From IMG/VR virus record IMGVR_UViG_3300005686_000008: a DNA stretch of 64,000 bases; one strand, 5' to 3'. Source of the DNA: a virus. Taxonomy: Duplodnaviria > Caudoviricetes. Below are positions 1 through 10,575 of this stretch, in pieces. Numbering within the stretch: position 1 is the stretch's first letter; each line of letters opens with the position of its first letter. Both the position numbers and the translations under genes were made by a program. Under the pieces are notes generated by a model. It ran no database searches. It was not told the origin of the DNA and saw nothing but the letters and a program-made list of their open reading frames with translations.

Positions 1-1
1 T

Positions 2-3000
2 GTTGTTGAAGAGCTTAAGGGTCTTGTTGGTTCGGAAACCTATTTCTTTGCTTTGTTCTTTGATATCTTTGTAACAGAAGCCAATATTGGGCCTCAAGCC
101 GCAACGAGACTCGATGTAATAGAAAGAACTCATCTTTTCCCAACTCTTAATTTGTCAGGCTATTATCAGGTTATAGACCCATATAACCCTTCTCCTTATG
201 GAACTCTTTCTACTGGTAAATGGTTCTACTCTCACAGAAAGAAGGGAACTCCTTGGTTTGAAAGAGTTGATAACGCAAAAGGATGGACGTTGGACTTTGA
301 TTTTAGAGTTGATGATTTCGAAGATAGCGATACTCCTGCAAATACTGGTAGTCCAAAGGGAGTTGGATTCTATGTAAATGATGGATATTACTACAATAAC
401 ATATGGTTCTTGCCTCAAGAAATTATATTCGAAAGTTCCAATCAATCGTTTGTGTATGATACTACAGAAATGACAAGTTATAGGCTTGTTGGCAAGAAGT
501 CTAGAATGAAGCTGTATGGAAAGAAAGCTTCAGATCAGCAATATAGCATTATCGCTGATGTAAACACGGAGTCAGTTGCTACTAATCAGGGAAATGCAGG
601 AAGACCCTCTGTTGTTACAGATTCTTCTGGAGTTTTGCATGCTGTATGGCATGATGATGGTAATGGTATAAATAGAAGGCAGATTTATTACAATACATTT
701 GTGAACGAGCAATGGGGCGAACCTGTTTTGATTGTTTCGGATGGATTTAGCTCGCAAAATCCAAGTATAGCAATTGACTCTCTTGATAATGTATATGTAG
801 TTTATGAAACAACAAGGGCAGACTACACAGATATTGCTGTTATAACTAAGAACTCGGCAGGGTGGTCAGAGTCTTATCTATTAACATCTAATCTATATGA
901 TTCTTTCAATCCAAAGATTGCAATTGATAGCAAAAATAATGTTCATGTTGTTTGGGAAGATAATAGATACTCTCAATCTCAAATATTCTATTGCAGAAGG
1001 AACGCATCAAATGGGCAATGGGAAAGCCAGTCTTTTGGCGGAACAGATGCGCAGGTAACTTCAGAAGCTGTTGGAGCTAAGAGGCCTGACATTACAGCTA
1101 GCAACACTAGTGTTTTCTTGTCTTGGACGGCATTTGAGAGAAATGGTTCATCTTCTATCAAAATGGCTATTTATGATGATGGAACAAAGACATGGAAATC
1201 AAAGGCTAACGGAGGTATAGATTTCGCCGTATCTGGAATCGGTTCGCTTAAGGCGGATAACTCAACGATATGCGTAGATATGAAGGGTCAAGTTGTCGTT
1301 GTATGGCAAGACGTTGTTGATTACAATATACAGCTATTTGGAAGACATATCAACCCTAGACTTGTATTTGCTAAACCGATTGAACAACTTACGAGCGGAG
1401 ATTATGATTCCACTCATCCTAAGAGCGGACTAAATACGAGCAATGGCGACGTATATGTTGTATTCGAGAAACAGCAGGAAATGATTGTTTCTCCGTATGA
1501 TGCTTATGTTACAAGAGAAAATGATGTAAGTTTCCAAAGCCCATCAGTATCTCTTTTGAAGTGGGATGCTGCTTTGCAGGTCTGGTATAGCAGTAATCAA
1601 AGCAGGCCAAGCCCATATACTCAAAGTTTTGATGTTAACTTTAGTGTTATATTACCAAGAGAGTTTTTCAGGCCAACGATTCCTGATAGGTTCAGCGGGC
1701 CTCTTCATATTTTGGTTGAAAGTTCGTCTGTTTCAAATAGCGGAGAGGTTTTGCCAAATCAAGACTTCTTTATTCAAACCAAAGATATCGTATATGATTA
1801 TTCGTTTGTTCCTACATATTCAGTGCCGTCTCATGAAAGCGGAGTCTATGGAGAGCATTCTCTTAGCGGCGTTCTAATGAGAAAGGAGCTAAGGTTTGGA
1901 GACTTCTCTGACAACTTGGCCGCTAGAATCGTAATAGGAAGATTGAAGTATTATCTTTCTGATTCTGTTACTCCATTTGGTATAAATCTGGTATCTTCTG
2001 CTACAACAAATATCCCCAAGACAGAAGTTCTTTCTGTTGCGGCAAATAATGATGGAGATTCTTGGATAGGAACTCCAAATGGTCTAATCTATTATGACAG
2101 AGAATCGAACCAGGCTTACATGCTTGACTCTGCCAACTATAACATCAATGGATTGTCAATAAATTCAATTGCATTTGACAAGAAGGCTAATATGTTCTTG
2201 TCAACGTCTTCTGGAACGTATGCAAGCTCAGACCATTCCTATTTCTTCAAACTCAACGGCAATTTACCAGAATCTCCAATAGCTATTGATATAGATAGCA
2301 CGGATAAGATGTATATCGTATCTAATGAAGGACTATATGTTGTTAAACTTAATAACATATACAATAGTCTTGTTTTGACTAAAGAGAATGTATCTGAAAC
2401 AAGGGTTATTGATGTTGCGGATAGCGATATTACTAAGGTTGATGAATCTTCCGGTTTGCCAACAAACATTCTTACTTCCGTAAAGGTTGATGCATCAGGT
2501 GTTGCATGGATTGGTTCTGAAAGCGGGCTTATTCGTTATTCTGATGGAGAAATAACGGTATTTACAACTGCAAACGGATTGAATTCCAACAAGGTTAATG
2601 ATGTTGCTATTAGAAATACAGCCATACGTTACATTGCTACAACTGCCGGTGTCAATAAAATGGTTGGTATTAGTATTTCTTCTTTGAACTTTGATAACAC
2701 CAACTCTCCTCCATCAGCAAAGATACAGACAGGAATAGGAGATGTAAATCTTCCAGTGTTTATTAATGCAAGAGCTATCAAATGGAGAGATCCAAATATT
2801 CTATGGATAGCGTCTAGCTATAATGTTTTCCAAGTAACTTTTGTTGAAGAATCTTTTACCACGGAAAAGACAGAAATCACAAAGTTTACAAGTCGAGACT
2901 TTACTTTGAATCCTGTACAGCCTGCTAGAAATGATGATTTGCAGACGTTCAGATTGATAGGTTTGGATAACAAGCAAATATCTGAAAATGCAGTATTTGA

Positions 3001-6000
3001 AGTTATAATTAATGGCAATAGAATAACGAGAGGCTATTCGTTCTCTCCAAAGAACAAGCTTATTAAGTTTGATTATCCATTGTCAGAAACTGATATTGTC
3101 AAGGTAAATGTTCGTTTTGATATTGAGAAGATTGGCGATTTCGCTCAGAACAAGGCGCAACAGATAGCAATAGGAAATAAGTCAACTAAGCTTGAAAAGG
3201 TTCTTTCTTCTGGCGGAAGTATATTTGCTCAAACTGGTGGAGATATCAATACTCTTCAGATAAATGATTCGCAAAGCGATTTACCATTTGACAAGATTAT
3301 TCTTGACAGAGTTCCTCCAAGAGGCAAAATAACTCTAGGAGACAGAAGAGAAAGAAATGTTTTTGAAGTGAATGTCTCTCCTCTTGAAGATGATATAGAG
3401 GGAATATTTGATGATGTATCCGGCATTGATAAGATGGTGGTTTCTAACTTCACCAACTTTACTTCTGATGGAGAGGTTCCTATTGAGCCAATGGTCTTTA
3501 CTCGTTTCTTGCTACATAATGTAGGAGAAATCTTTGACTCAGTAACAAGACAGTTTACTTTTGTCAATGGAAAAGGAAGAAGAATGCTTTCTTACCAGCC
3601 TGTTGGCGGCAATCAGGCTCTTCTTGCTGGAACCGCTGAGCCAGCGAATGTTTATAAGTACAACTGGAACTCGCAGACATGGGATTTGATAGATACCCTT
3701 GATATAGTTGATGGGGTTGCAAACCCTAGCGCTTCTGTAGAATTCCTTATTGAGTATCAGGGAAGAGTTTACGCCGGAACGGGAAGTCCGAATGGGTCTG
3801 GCAAATTGTGGGTAATGGATAACTCAACTTACAAATTCAGTCTATTTAGAACTCTTCCATCGAATACTCATGCTTATTGCGCGGTAGTTTTTGATGAAGT
3901 CCTTTATTTTGGCGGCGGTGGCGGCAGCTATGGCGCTCTTTACTCCTTTGATGGAACTTCGACCACCGAAGTATTTTCCAACGTAAGCGGAGCTATATAT
4001 TCTCTTGTTGAATCTGATAGGGAATTGTATGCCGCAACCGGCTCTGAGGGTAGAATATACAAGTTAGATCCAAGGAATAAGACGCAACAAATAGTTGATG
4101 TAAATGCAGATAGAAATGTCATTAGCATTGGCAAGGCTATCGTAAATGGTCAAGGATATATTTTTGCAGGACTTGGAAGCAATGGGCAAATAAAGAGGTC
4201 TAAAGTTCCTGACTCTCCATTTGTACACTCATTCAAGACTGTTTCTTCTTCTGTGTATTCAATCAGGAACATTAATGACACGCTTTACGCCGCAATAGGT
4301 AATACGGTTTATGCGCTAGATAATGTATGGAATGCAAAATACACTCATAGAGAGAATGTAAGAGACGTTATTGGCGGTCCAGATGATACTGTTTGGTTCA
4401 TTTCTGATTCATATATCTACAAGATTGGAAAAGCAGAGAATGTTAAGAAGGTATATCTCAAGCTCATAGATAGAGCAGGTAATGAAACAAATCTCTATAC
4501 TGACGAAGCGCAAACAGCTCTTGATGAAAATCTCTTTGATGAAATATCAATAGAAGATCTAGCTGCGTTTGTTAGCAGCAATAGGATACTCAAGGTTGAT
4601 GAGTTTGGCAATGCTGAGGCTATAAGAGAAGGTAATGATAGGTTCTATTCGGCTGATTTGGTTGAAGAAGAAAGCGGAGAATATTACAGCGAAGTATTCA
4701 ACGGAACAAACAACCTTGTTGCATGGGATAATATTTCTTGGGATGCTACCGTTCCAGATAACACTAGCGTAACAATATATGTAAAAACTGGCGCAACAAA
4801 AGACGAAATACTTAATGCTCCGTTTGAATATTATGTTGGTGGAAAAGAGCAATCATCTGATATTTCATTCTTCTCTGGACAGTTTATACAGTTCAAGGTT
4901 GTCATGAAGAGCAGAGTTAGAGGTCTTAGCCCATCGCTTAGGAACGTTGTAATCAAGAGTATATCAAGCGATTCTACTCACTTCTTTACAACCAACTTTG
5001 TTCTTCCAAGTAGAGTCAAGAGCGGCATCCTTACTTCTACGAAGTTGCTACCTGTATCTGCGGATGTTGTGTTCGGAGTAAACACCAATAACTCTACTGA
5101 TTTTGCTGAGTATCAAATAGTTGATGAAAACAGAATATTTACAACTGATAACAATCAACTTGGAAATGGTCTAAGAGTTGGTATAAGACTTATAACTCCG
5201 ACTAGGGCCGAGGCTTCTTCGCAGATACCAGAAGAGTATAGCCCATATGGACTTCCATTACTTTTCAATGCTGTAGAATGGACCTTTAAGAATGAAGCAG
5301 AAACTGATAGAACATGCAACTTTGTTGTAAACTTCTATGAAGATCCAGAAATGACAACCTTGGTTTATTCAGCAAGTAGTTCTGACTCTTATGTTGGGTT
5401 TAGCGCAGATGGCGATATTTTCCCAACAGGAGGAGTCTCGGTTACTTCTGGCGGCACTATTGATTTGTCATTTACCCCATCTACTTCAAGCGCTTTGAGA
5501 TGTAGCACTTATTACTATGTTAGAATAGACGTTAATGATGGAGTATCCACAACGGCTATGGATGAAACATATTCGTTCATAGAGTCTTGCGGAACTACAT
5601 ATGTTGATACAATAGTCTTTGATTTCTTGAATACAAGCTATAGTACAGAGACGTATCACTTTAGAATAAGGTTCTACAACGATCCAGAAAGAACTGATTT
5701 GAAGCATACTGCTTACAGCGGTAATGATACGACTAACTGGTTTGTTAATGAACTCCCAATCCCATATGAGGGATTTACAATGTATCCTGTTCAAACATCT
5801 ACAGTAAACTACACTCCTTTGTTATCTAATATTGATGCAGGAAAGATTTATTATCTCTCAATAGATGTTTTCAATGGAGAAGTATTTGAAAACAATAGTA
5901 ACTCGTTTACATTCAAGGCAAACGATTTGTCGTCTTCAATATATTGTGGCTCTTATTCCGATGTTCCTGTTGTAAAGAACTTCTCTGTTATGTTTGAGCT

Positions 6001-6040
6001 AGAGAATAACGAGTTTGTTAGTATGAGAGTTAAGATCTAA
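2..6040 (+). CDS. Large virion/tail-associated beta-propeller protein (5' truncated by window edge)
   Basis: Frame is open from position 2, so the true start lies upstream of the window. Repeated propeller blades (LHAVWHD, VYVVYE, VHVVWED, VVVVWQD), regulator-propeller-like motifs (GLPTNILTSVKVDASGVAWIGSESGL) and beta-sandwich-like C-terminus; TAATG overlap with the next gene. Confidence 0.65.
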   Translation, partial: VVEELKGLVGSETYFFALFFDIFVTEANIGPQAATRLDVIERTHLFPTLNLSGYYQVIDPYNPSPYGTLSTGKWFYSHRKKGTPWFERVDNAKGWTLDFDFRVDDFEDSDTPANTGSPKGVGFYVNDGYYYNNIWFLPQEIIFESSNQSFVYDTTEMTSYRLVGKKSRMKLYGKKASDQQYSIIADVNTESVATNQGNAGRPSVVTDSSGVLHAVWHDDGNGINRRQIYYNTFVNEQWGEPVLIVSDGFSSQNPSIAIDSLDNVYVVYETTRADYTDIAVITKNSAGWSESYLLTSNLYDSFNPKIAIDSKNNVHVVWEDNRYSQSQIFYCRRNASNGQWESQSFGGTDAQVTSEAVGAKRPDITASNTSVFLSWTAFERNGSSSIKMAIYDDGTKTWKSKANGGIDFAVSGIGSLKADNSTICVDMKGQVVVVWQDVVDYNIQLFGRHINPRLVFAKPIEQLTSGDYDSTHPKSGLNTSNGDVYVVFEKQQEMIVSPYDAYVTRENDVSFQSPSVSLLKWDAALQVWYSSNQSRPSPYTQSFDVNFSVILPREFFRPTIPDRFSGPLHILVESSSVSNSGEVLPNQDFFIQTKDIVYDYSFVPTYSVPSHESGVYGEHSLSGVLMRKELRFGDFSDNLAARIVIGRLKYYLSDSVTPFGINLVSSATTNIPKTEVLSVAANNDGDSWIGTPNGLIYYDRESNQAYMLDSANYNINGLSINSIAFDKKANMFLSTSSGTYASSDHSYFFKLNGNLPESPIAIDIDSTDKMYIVSNEGLYVVKLNNIYNSLVLTKENVSETRVIDVADSDITKVDESSGLPTNILTSVKVDASGVAWIGSESGLIRYSDGEITVFTTANGLNSNKVNDVAIRNTAIRYIATTAGVNKMVGISISSLNFDNTNSPPSAKIQTGIGDVNLPVFINARAIKWRDPNILWIASSYNVFQVTFVEESFTTEKTEITKFTSRDFTLNPVQPARNDDLQTFRLIGLDNKQISENAVFEVIINGNRITRGYSFSPKNKLIKFDYPLSETDIVKVNVRFDIEKIGDFAQNKAQQIAIGNKSTKLEKVLSSGGSIFAQTGGDINTLQINDSQSDLPFDKIILDRVPPRGKITLGDRRERNVFEVNVSPLEDDIEGIFDDVSGIDKMVVSNFTNFTSDGEVPIEPMVFTRFLLHNVGEIFDSVTRQFTFVNGKGRRMLSYQPVGGNQALLAGTAEPANVYKYNWNSQTWDLIDTLDIVDGVANPSASVEFLIEYQGRVYAGTGSPNGSGKLWVMDNSTYKFSLFRTLPSNTHAYCAVVFDEVLYFGGGGGSYGALYSFDGTSTTEVFSNVSGAIYSLVESDRELYAATGSEGRIYKLDPRNKTQQIVDVNADRNVISIGKAIVNGQGYIFAGLGSNGQIKRSKVPDSPFVHSFKTVSSSVYSIRNINDTLYAAIGNTVYALDNVWNAKYTHRENVRDVIGGPDDTVWFISDSYIYKIGKAENVKKVYLKLIDRAGNETNLYTDEAQTALDENLFDEISIEDLAAFVSSNRILKVDEFGNAEAIREGNDRFYSADLVEEESGEYYSEVFNGTNNLVAWDNISWDATVPDNTSVTIYVKTGATKDEILNAPFEYYVGGKEQSSDISFFSGQFIQFKVVMKSRVRGLSPSLRNVVIKSISSDSTHFFTTNFVLPSRVKSGILTSTKLLPVSADVVFGVNTNNSTDFAEYQIVDENRIFTTDNNQLGNGLRVGIRLITPTRAEASSQIPEEYSPYGLPLLFNAVEWTFKNEAETDRTCNFVVNFYEDPEMTTLVYSASSSDSYVGFSADGDIFPTGGVSVTSGGTIDLSFTPSTSSALRCSTYYYVRIDVNDGVSTTAMDETYSFIESCGTTYVDTIVFDFLNTSYSTETYHFRIRFYNDPERTDLKHTAYSGNDTTNWFVNELPIPYEGFTMYPVQTSTVNYTPLLSNIDAGKIYYLSIDVFNGEVFENNSNSFTFKANDLSSSIYCGSYSDVPVVKNFSVMFELENNEFVSMRVKI

Positions 6041-9000
6041 TGCCTGTTCGTACCCCGCATTTTGGGTTAGAAGCTTTTGTGGTTGGAGATATCTACTCCG
6101 GGATGGTAGATACGCGAAGATTTACAACCATAGACGCTCATATGGCCTTTATCTCAGACCTTGTAGGGCCGGGAAGAATAAATGGTTGGGAACTTTCTAT
6201 ACCATCCTCTCTTACTCTAAATGTTTCGAGCGGATGGGGAATGATTGGAAGGTTCATAACTAGAACCTTTGGCGACTATAATAAATCCTTGTTAGATAAT
6301 AGCACAGTTTATGTGTGGATGAGGCTGAGAGCTGGAGTCATAGGCCAACTGAGCCCGTTTTGCGATGTGGCAAATGTTAGTTATACGGATACAACTCCTC
6401 CATCTCAGATTGTTGGTATGTCTTTGTCATCAAAGTCAATTGATTCTGCGGTCATAACATGGAGTGCTTCGTCAGATATAGATTTGCAGAAATATGAAGT
6501 ATACAGAAGCTCTGATAATATGACTTATTCGTTGATTGATGAAGTAACAACTAATGAGTATACAGATACGGGCTTGTCAGAAAGTTCAATTTATTATTAC
6601 AAAGTTAGAGCTATAGATATAAGCGGGAACGCTGGTTCTTATTCTTCTTATTTGCTTGTAATAACTGATAAAGACCTAAGCGTACCCGCAAATCCTAGCA
6701 GGGTTACTATCGGAAATTCAGATCGTATTATTCATTTGAATTGGGATTCAGCTCCATATGGAAATGTTGTTTTGTATAGAGCTTATATTACTCCTGTAAA
6801 TGAAGAAAGAATACCAACGGGCGATACTTTCATTTTAGAAACAGAATCTGAAAATGTAAACTTGAGCATAGATGCTCTTGAAAATGAACAAAGATATTCA
6901 ATAATCTTGAAGTCTGTTACTAGATGGGATGTTGAATCCGAAGGCGTCTTGAGAATAGGTCAACCGATGGATTCGGATGGACCACAGGATGTTGTTGATA
7001 TTGTAGTAACTGATTATGAATCAACTTCTGGAATATCCACAAATGGTATTACATTGGTTTGGTCTTCTTTTTCAGACCCTTATTCTGTTTTTTCTGGCGC
7101 ATCAGAGATATTGATTGAAGAATATAGGGCTGATGGAACAGTTATAACTTCGGATTGGATTCCAACTGTTGCTGGAAGTGTAACAAGAAATATAGAAGTA
7201 TTTGCATATAAGCAGGGTAATCAAACATTCTATAAATCAATCGAAGCAAGAACCTTGTATTACATTACTATAAGAAATGTAGATAGTAATGGGATAACGA
7301 GCTTTGGTAAAAGAGTTCGCCATGTTACAAGGAGCTTCCAAGCATTAGAGAGTATTCAGTCCATATCTGTTACTCAAAGGGCTGATGGAGCCTTGGTGCT
7401 AAAATGGGAAAACTCTCCATCAATATTTAGTAGTAACCTTTTGACAATTAAGAAGTTTGACTTTGCAACATCTATCGAAACGATACTTCAAGACGAAATA
7501 GATGTTGGAAGGTCTACTATCTATGTGCTTGATTCTTCTTTTGTTTCTTCTAATCATAGATATACATTTGAAATATATTGCGTCGATGAGTTTGGTAATC
7601 AGAGTTCAATCAACAGCACTCTATATGAGATTGCTGAGTTTTCTGACTTGCCTAAACCTCCTCCTCCAACGCAGCAAATTGGATTTGCTGGAGATGGACA
7701 AAATACTTTGACATGGAATAGCGCTCAAACTGATACAGTAAGCGGGTATAGGATATACAGAGCAAATGATTCTTCTTCTATCAATCCGTCAGATTTTGCT
7801 TTGATTGAAACTGTTCCTTCTGATATGTTTACCTTTACAGATTATGAAGTTCAAAATGATAGTTCATATATCTATTTTGTAACTACGCTTGATATCTATG
7901 GTCAAGAGTCTTTGAATCCAATAAATGATAGGTATATAAACTTTGGAGTTACGACTCTCAAGCCAACATCATCTTCTTCTCTTAATCCTCCAACATCGCT
8001 TTCTGCAACAATAGTTGGGCATAGCGTACAGCTGTCCTGGCAACCTACTGCTGGACAGTTTGATGGTTATGAGATTTATAGGTCTATTGGTAATAAGTAT
8101 TCTTATAGCCTTGTTGCTACAGTTTTGCCTGCTGTTACATACTATGTTGATACGGATGTTTTAAAGCAAACTGGCAGCGTATATTACATTGTTAGAAAGT
8201 TCAGAAATGAATCTGACCTGTTTGTTACAGAAAGTAATGTTCAGGTAAGTAATGCTGTTTACTTGGGAAAGGTTACAACGGAAGATGGGGTTTCTGTTGT
8301 AGATACAACTGGTTCTAGAAATATTCTAATGCTAGAAGACCCAGTAAGGCAAGAGACGAGAGATAGGATTGCTGAGCATAAACATCAATATGTTGATGAA
8401 AATAATGATAACAGAATCAATCTTGGGAATACTATGATGGTAACAGATTGGGAGTCTGATGATAATCAGACGTATACAACTGTTACTGATATCTCTGAAA
8501 CAACAACATATACAGTATATCTAAACGATGAAGATGCATCTAATTTTGGATTATTGTATTCTATAGACAAAGAAAATGGGACTCTTACGTTTGAATCTGT
8601 TTTGGCTGCAACCGGATTTGAAGTTGATGGCGAGCAGTCCTTCCCGTTTTCGTCTCCGCCAACAGTTAAGGTTGAGTTTGGAAATCTTGAAGAAACGCAA
8701 GGCATTCTTCCAAAGAATAGGATAAATGGCGTTAGCGCTCAACAAGTTGGCGCTGGAGTTTTTGAGAAAGTTCAGATTCCTTCTATCAATCATGATGGAA
8801 GAATAAGAGAGAAACTTGAGCCTGTTCAAATCAATACGATTACAGTGGATGATGGTTATAAGTTTGCCCCGGAGAGCGAAGAAGAAATCCTTGGAGATGC
8901 TATTGTTTTTTATTGTATCATCGAGGCCTATGGAGACTCTAATATTCTTGTTGCTGGAACTAGCGACGGGATATATACTAGCGAAAACTTCGGTATTTCT

Positions 9001-10572
9001 TGGGAAAGAAGATTCGAAACAACAACTCCTGTGTTGAAGTTTTTCTATTCAGAAAAGTATGAAACATACTTTGCGGCTACAAATAGAGGTATTCTTTTTG
9101 GTAGGGGAGGGCAGGCTGGAGACTTTAGTATTTGGACAGAAGTTGCTGGAGCTGAAAATACTAAGATAGTTAGAGATATCATAGAAGATGGGTATGGAGA
9201 GGTTTTCTGTAGTAGCGATCTTGGTGTTTATAGGCTTAGAAGAGATGTTGGACAGGGTTCTTTCTTTTTCCAGCAAACTCCTATTTTTGGGCCAAGAAGC
9301 ACAGAAGCGTATGCGATGCTTAATGATGCTCTCAAGAATAGAATAATAGTAAGTAATGAACTCGGCGTATTTGAAAGCGATAACGCCGGGGTTAGCTGGT
9401 CATTTAGCGATGAGTTTACAGAGCAAAGAATAATACACGCTTTTACATACGAAAATGGATACATTTTTGCGATAACTGATTATATGTTGTGGAGAAAGTC
9501 TCCTACCGGAAGCACATTTGAAAGAATAGGAGTTATGGAAAACTCTTATGTTTCTAGAAAGCTAGTCATATGGAATGATAGAATATACATATCCACTGAT
9601 AGCGGTCTTTTAGCTACAGTTGCTGATAGCGATATTTTTACAGATACGACTGTTACTTTTGAAACTGCATTTTCTCAGCTTAGAATCGGTTCAGATATTC
9701 TTCCATCAACGTCTTTGGATGTTATTGATGATAAGTTGTTTATTGGTTCTGAAGATAAGTTATTTATTTCTGATAGACCTGGCAGGATATCTATTCATTG
9801 GGAAAACAAAAGCGAGGTTATTCCAACCGTTTATGTTGATGGAGAAAGACAAACAATAGGTTACAGATTTAGTACAAGTTCGGATAGACTAAGAAGATAT
9901 GTTTGCTTTGATGTTAAACAGAAGCTTGGTGCGGTTGTAACTGTTGCCAATCAATATAAGAAGTACAAGGCTAAGTTTGGAGGATGGACTGACACAAATT
10001 ATATTGCTGCTGTTTCTTTGTTTGTTGATGGAAGGAAAATGAATGAGATTAGTCTTTCTGAGAGGCCGGCTCAGTCTGTTGCTGCTATTGTTTTGCCAAC
10101 TTATAATGACAGAAATGCGCATAAGGCTGGAGCCGACATTGCTAAAGACACTTTTGTTGCAAGCAGAAGTACCCTTCTAACGGTAGAAAGAGACGATAGT
10201 GGTAATATAACAAGCCTTACTGGATTTACCAAGGGAAATGTCAAATCAATGTTGTATTCTATAGAAAAGTTCCTATCACAACTTTATGAGTCAGCAAGAG
10301 TTGTTAATGAGATAAATGATCAGGGACAAACAGTAGAAGTTCCGTTCTCTGTTCCTCCATTTAGAGTTTTGCTGCTCAGCCCATCTGATAATATTGATGA
10401 AGGTAAGTTTGGAACGTTCGGCGTTTACAAAGAATGGGTAAGAGATACCGACAATTCAGTTTCTTCAGTTATAGGAAACTATGGAAGCGAGCTTGATTCA
10501 GATGGAGCATTCCCTCAAAATCTCATTGGCGGTTCTGGAAACCTTGGAGCATCTGGTGGAGGAGAAGGATAA
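6040..10572 (+). CDS. Fibronectin type III and Asp-box/BNR repeat virion protein
   Basis: Several FN3 signatures (ITWSAS...YEVYRS...YTDTGL...YYYKVRAID; LTWN...GYRIYR; LSWQP...GYEIYRS) and Asp-boxes YTSENFGISW and FESDNAGVSW. Confidence 0.7.
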   Translation: MPVRTPHFGLEAFVVGDIYSGMVDTRRFTTIDAHMAFISDLVGPGRINGWELSIPSSLTLNVSSGWGMIGRFITRTFGDYNKSLLDNSTVYVWMRLRAGVIGQLSPFCDVANVSYTDTTPPSQIVGMSLSSKSIDSAVITWSASSDIDLQKYEVYRSSDNMTYSLIDEVTTNEYTDTGLSESSIYYYKVRAIDISGNAGSYSSYLLVITDKDLSVPANPSRVTIGNSDRIIHLNWDSAPYGNVVLYRAYITPVNEERIPTGDTFILETESENVNLSIDALENEQRYSIILKSVTRWDVESEGVLRIGQPMDSDGPQDVVDIVVTDYESTSGISTNGITLVWSSFSDPYSVFSGASEILIEEYRADGTVITSDWIPTVAGSVTRNIEVFAYKQGNQTFYKSIEARTLYYITIRNVDSNGITSFGKRVRHVTRSFQALESIQSISVTQRADGALVLKWENSPSIFSSNLLTIKKFDFATSIETILQDEIDVGRSTIYVLDSSFVSSNHRYTFEIYCVDEFGNQSSINSTLYEIAEFSDLPKPPPPTQQIGFAGDGQNTLTWNSAQTDTVSGYRIYRANDSSSINPSDFALIETVPSDMFTFTDYEVQNDSSYIYFVTTLDIYGQESLNPINDRYINFGVTTLKPTSSSSLNPPTSLSATIVGHSVQLSWQPTAGQFDGYEIYRSIGNKYSYSLVATVLPAVTYYVDTDVLKQTGSVYYIVRKFRNESDLFVTESNVQVSNAVYLGKVTTEDGVSVVDTTGSRNILMLEDPVRQETRDRIAEHKHQYVDENNDNRINLGNTMMVTDWESDDNQTYTTVTDISETTTYTVYLNDEDASNFGLLYSIDKENGTLTFESVLAATGFEVDGEQSFPFSSPPTVKVEFGNLEETQGILPKNRINGVSAQQVGAGVFEKVQIPSINHDGRIREKLEPVQINTITVDDGYKFAPESEEEILGDAIVFYCIIEAYGDSNILVAGTSDGIYTSENFGISWERRFETTTPVLKFFYSEKYETYFAATNRGILFGRGGQAGDFSIWTEVAGAENTKIVRDIIEDGYGEVFCSSDLGVYRLRRDVGQGSFFFQQTPIFGPRSTEAYAMLNDALKNRIIVSNELGVFESDNAGVSWSFSDEFTEQRIIHAFTYENGYIFAITDYMLWRKSPTGSTFERIGVMENSYVSRKLVIWNDRIYISTDSGLLATVADSDIFTDTTVTFETAFSQLRIGSDILPSTSLDVIDDKLFIGSEDKLFISDRPGRISIHWENKSEVIPTVYVDGERQTIGYRFSTSSDRLRRYVCFDVKQKLGAVVTVANQYKKYKAKFGGWTDTNYIAAVSLFVDGRKMNEISLSERPAQSVAAIVLPTYNDRNAHKAGADIAKDTFVASRSTLLTVERDDSGNITSLTGFTKGNVKSMLYSIEKFLSQLYESARVVNEINDQGQTVEVPFSVPPFRVLLLSPSDNIDEGKFGTFGVYKEWVRDTDNSVSSVIGNYGSELDSDGAFPQNLIGGSGNLGASGGGEG

Positions 10573-10575
10573 CTA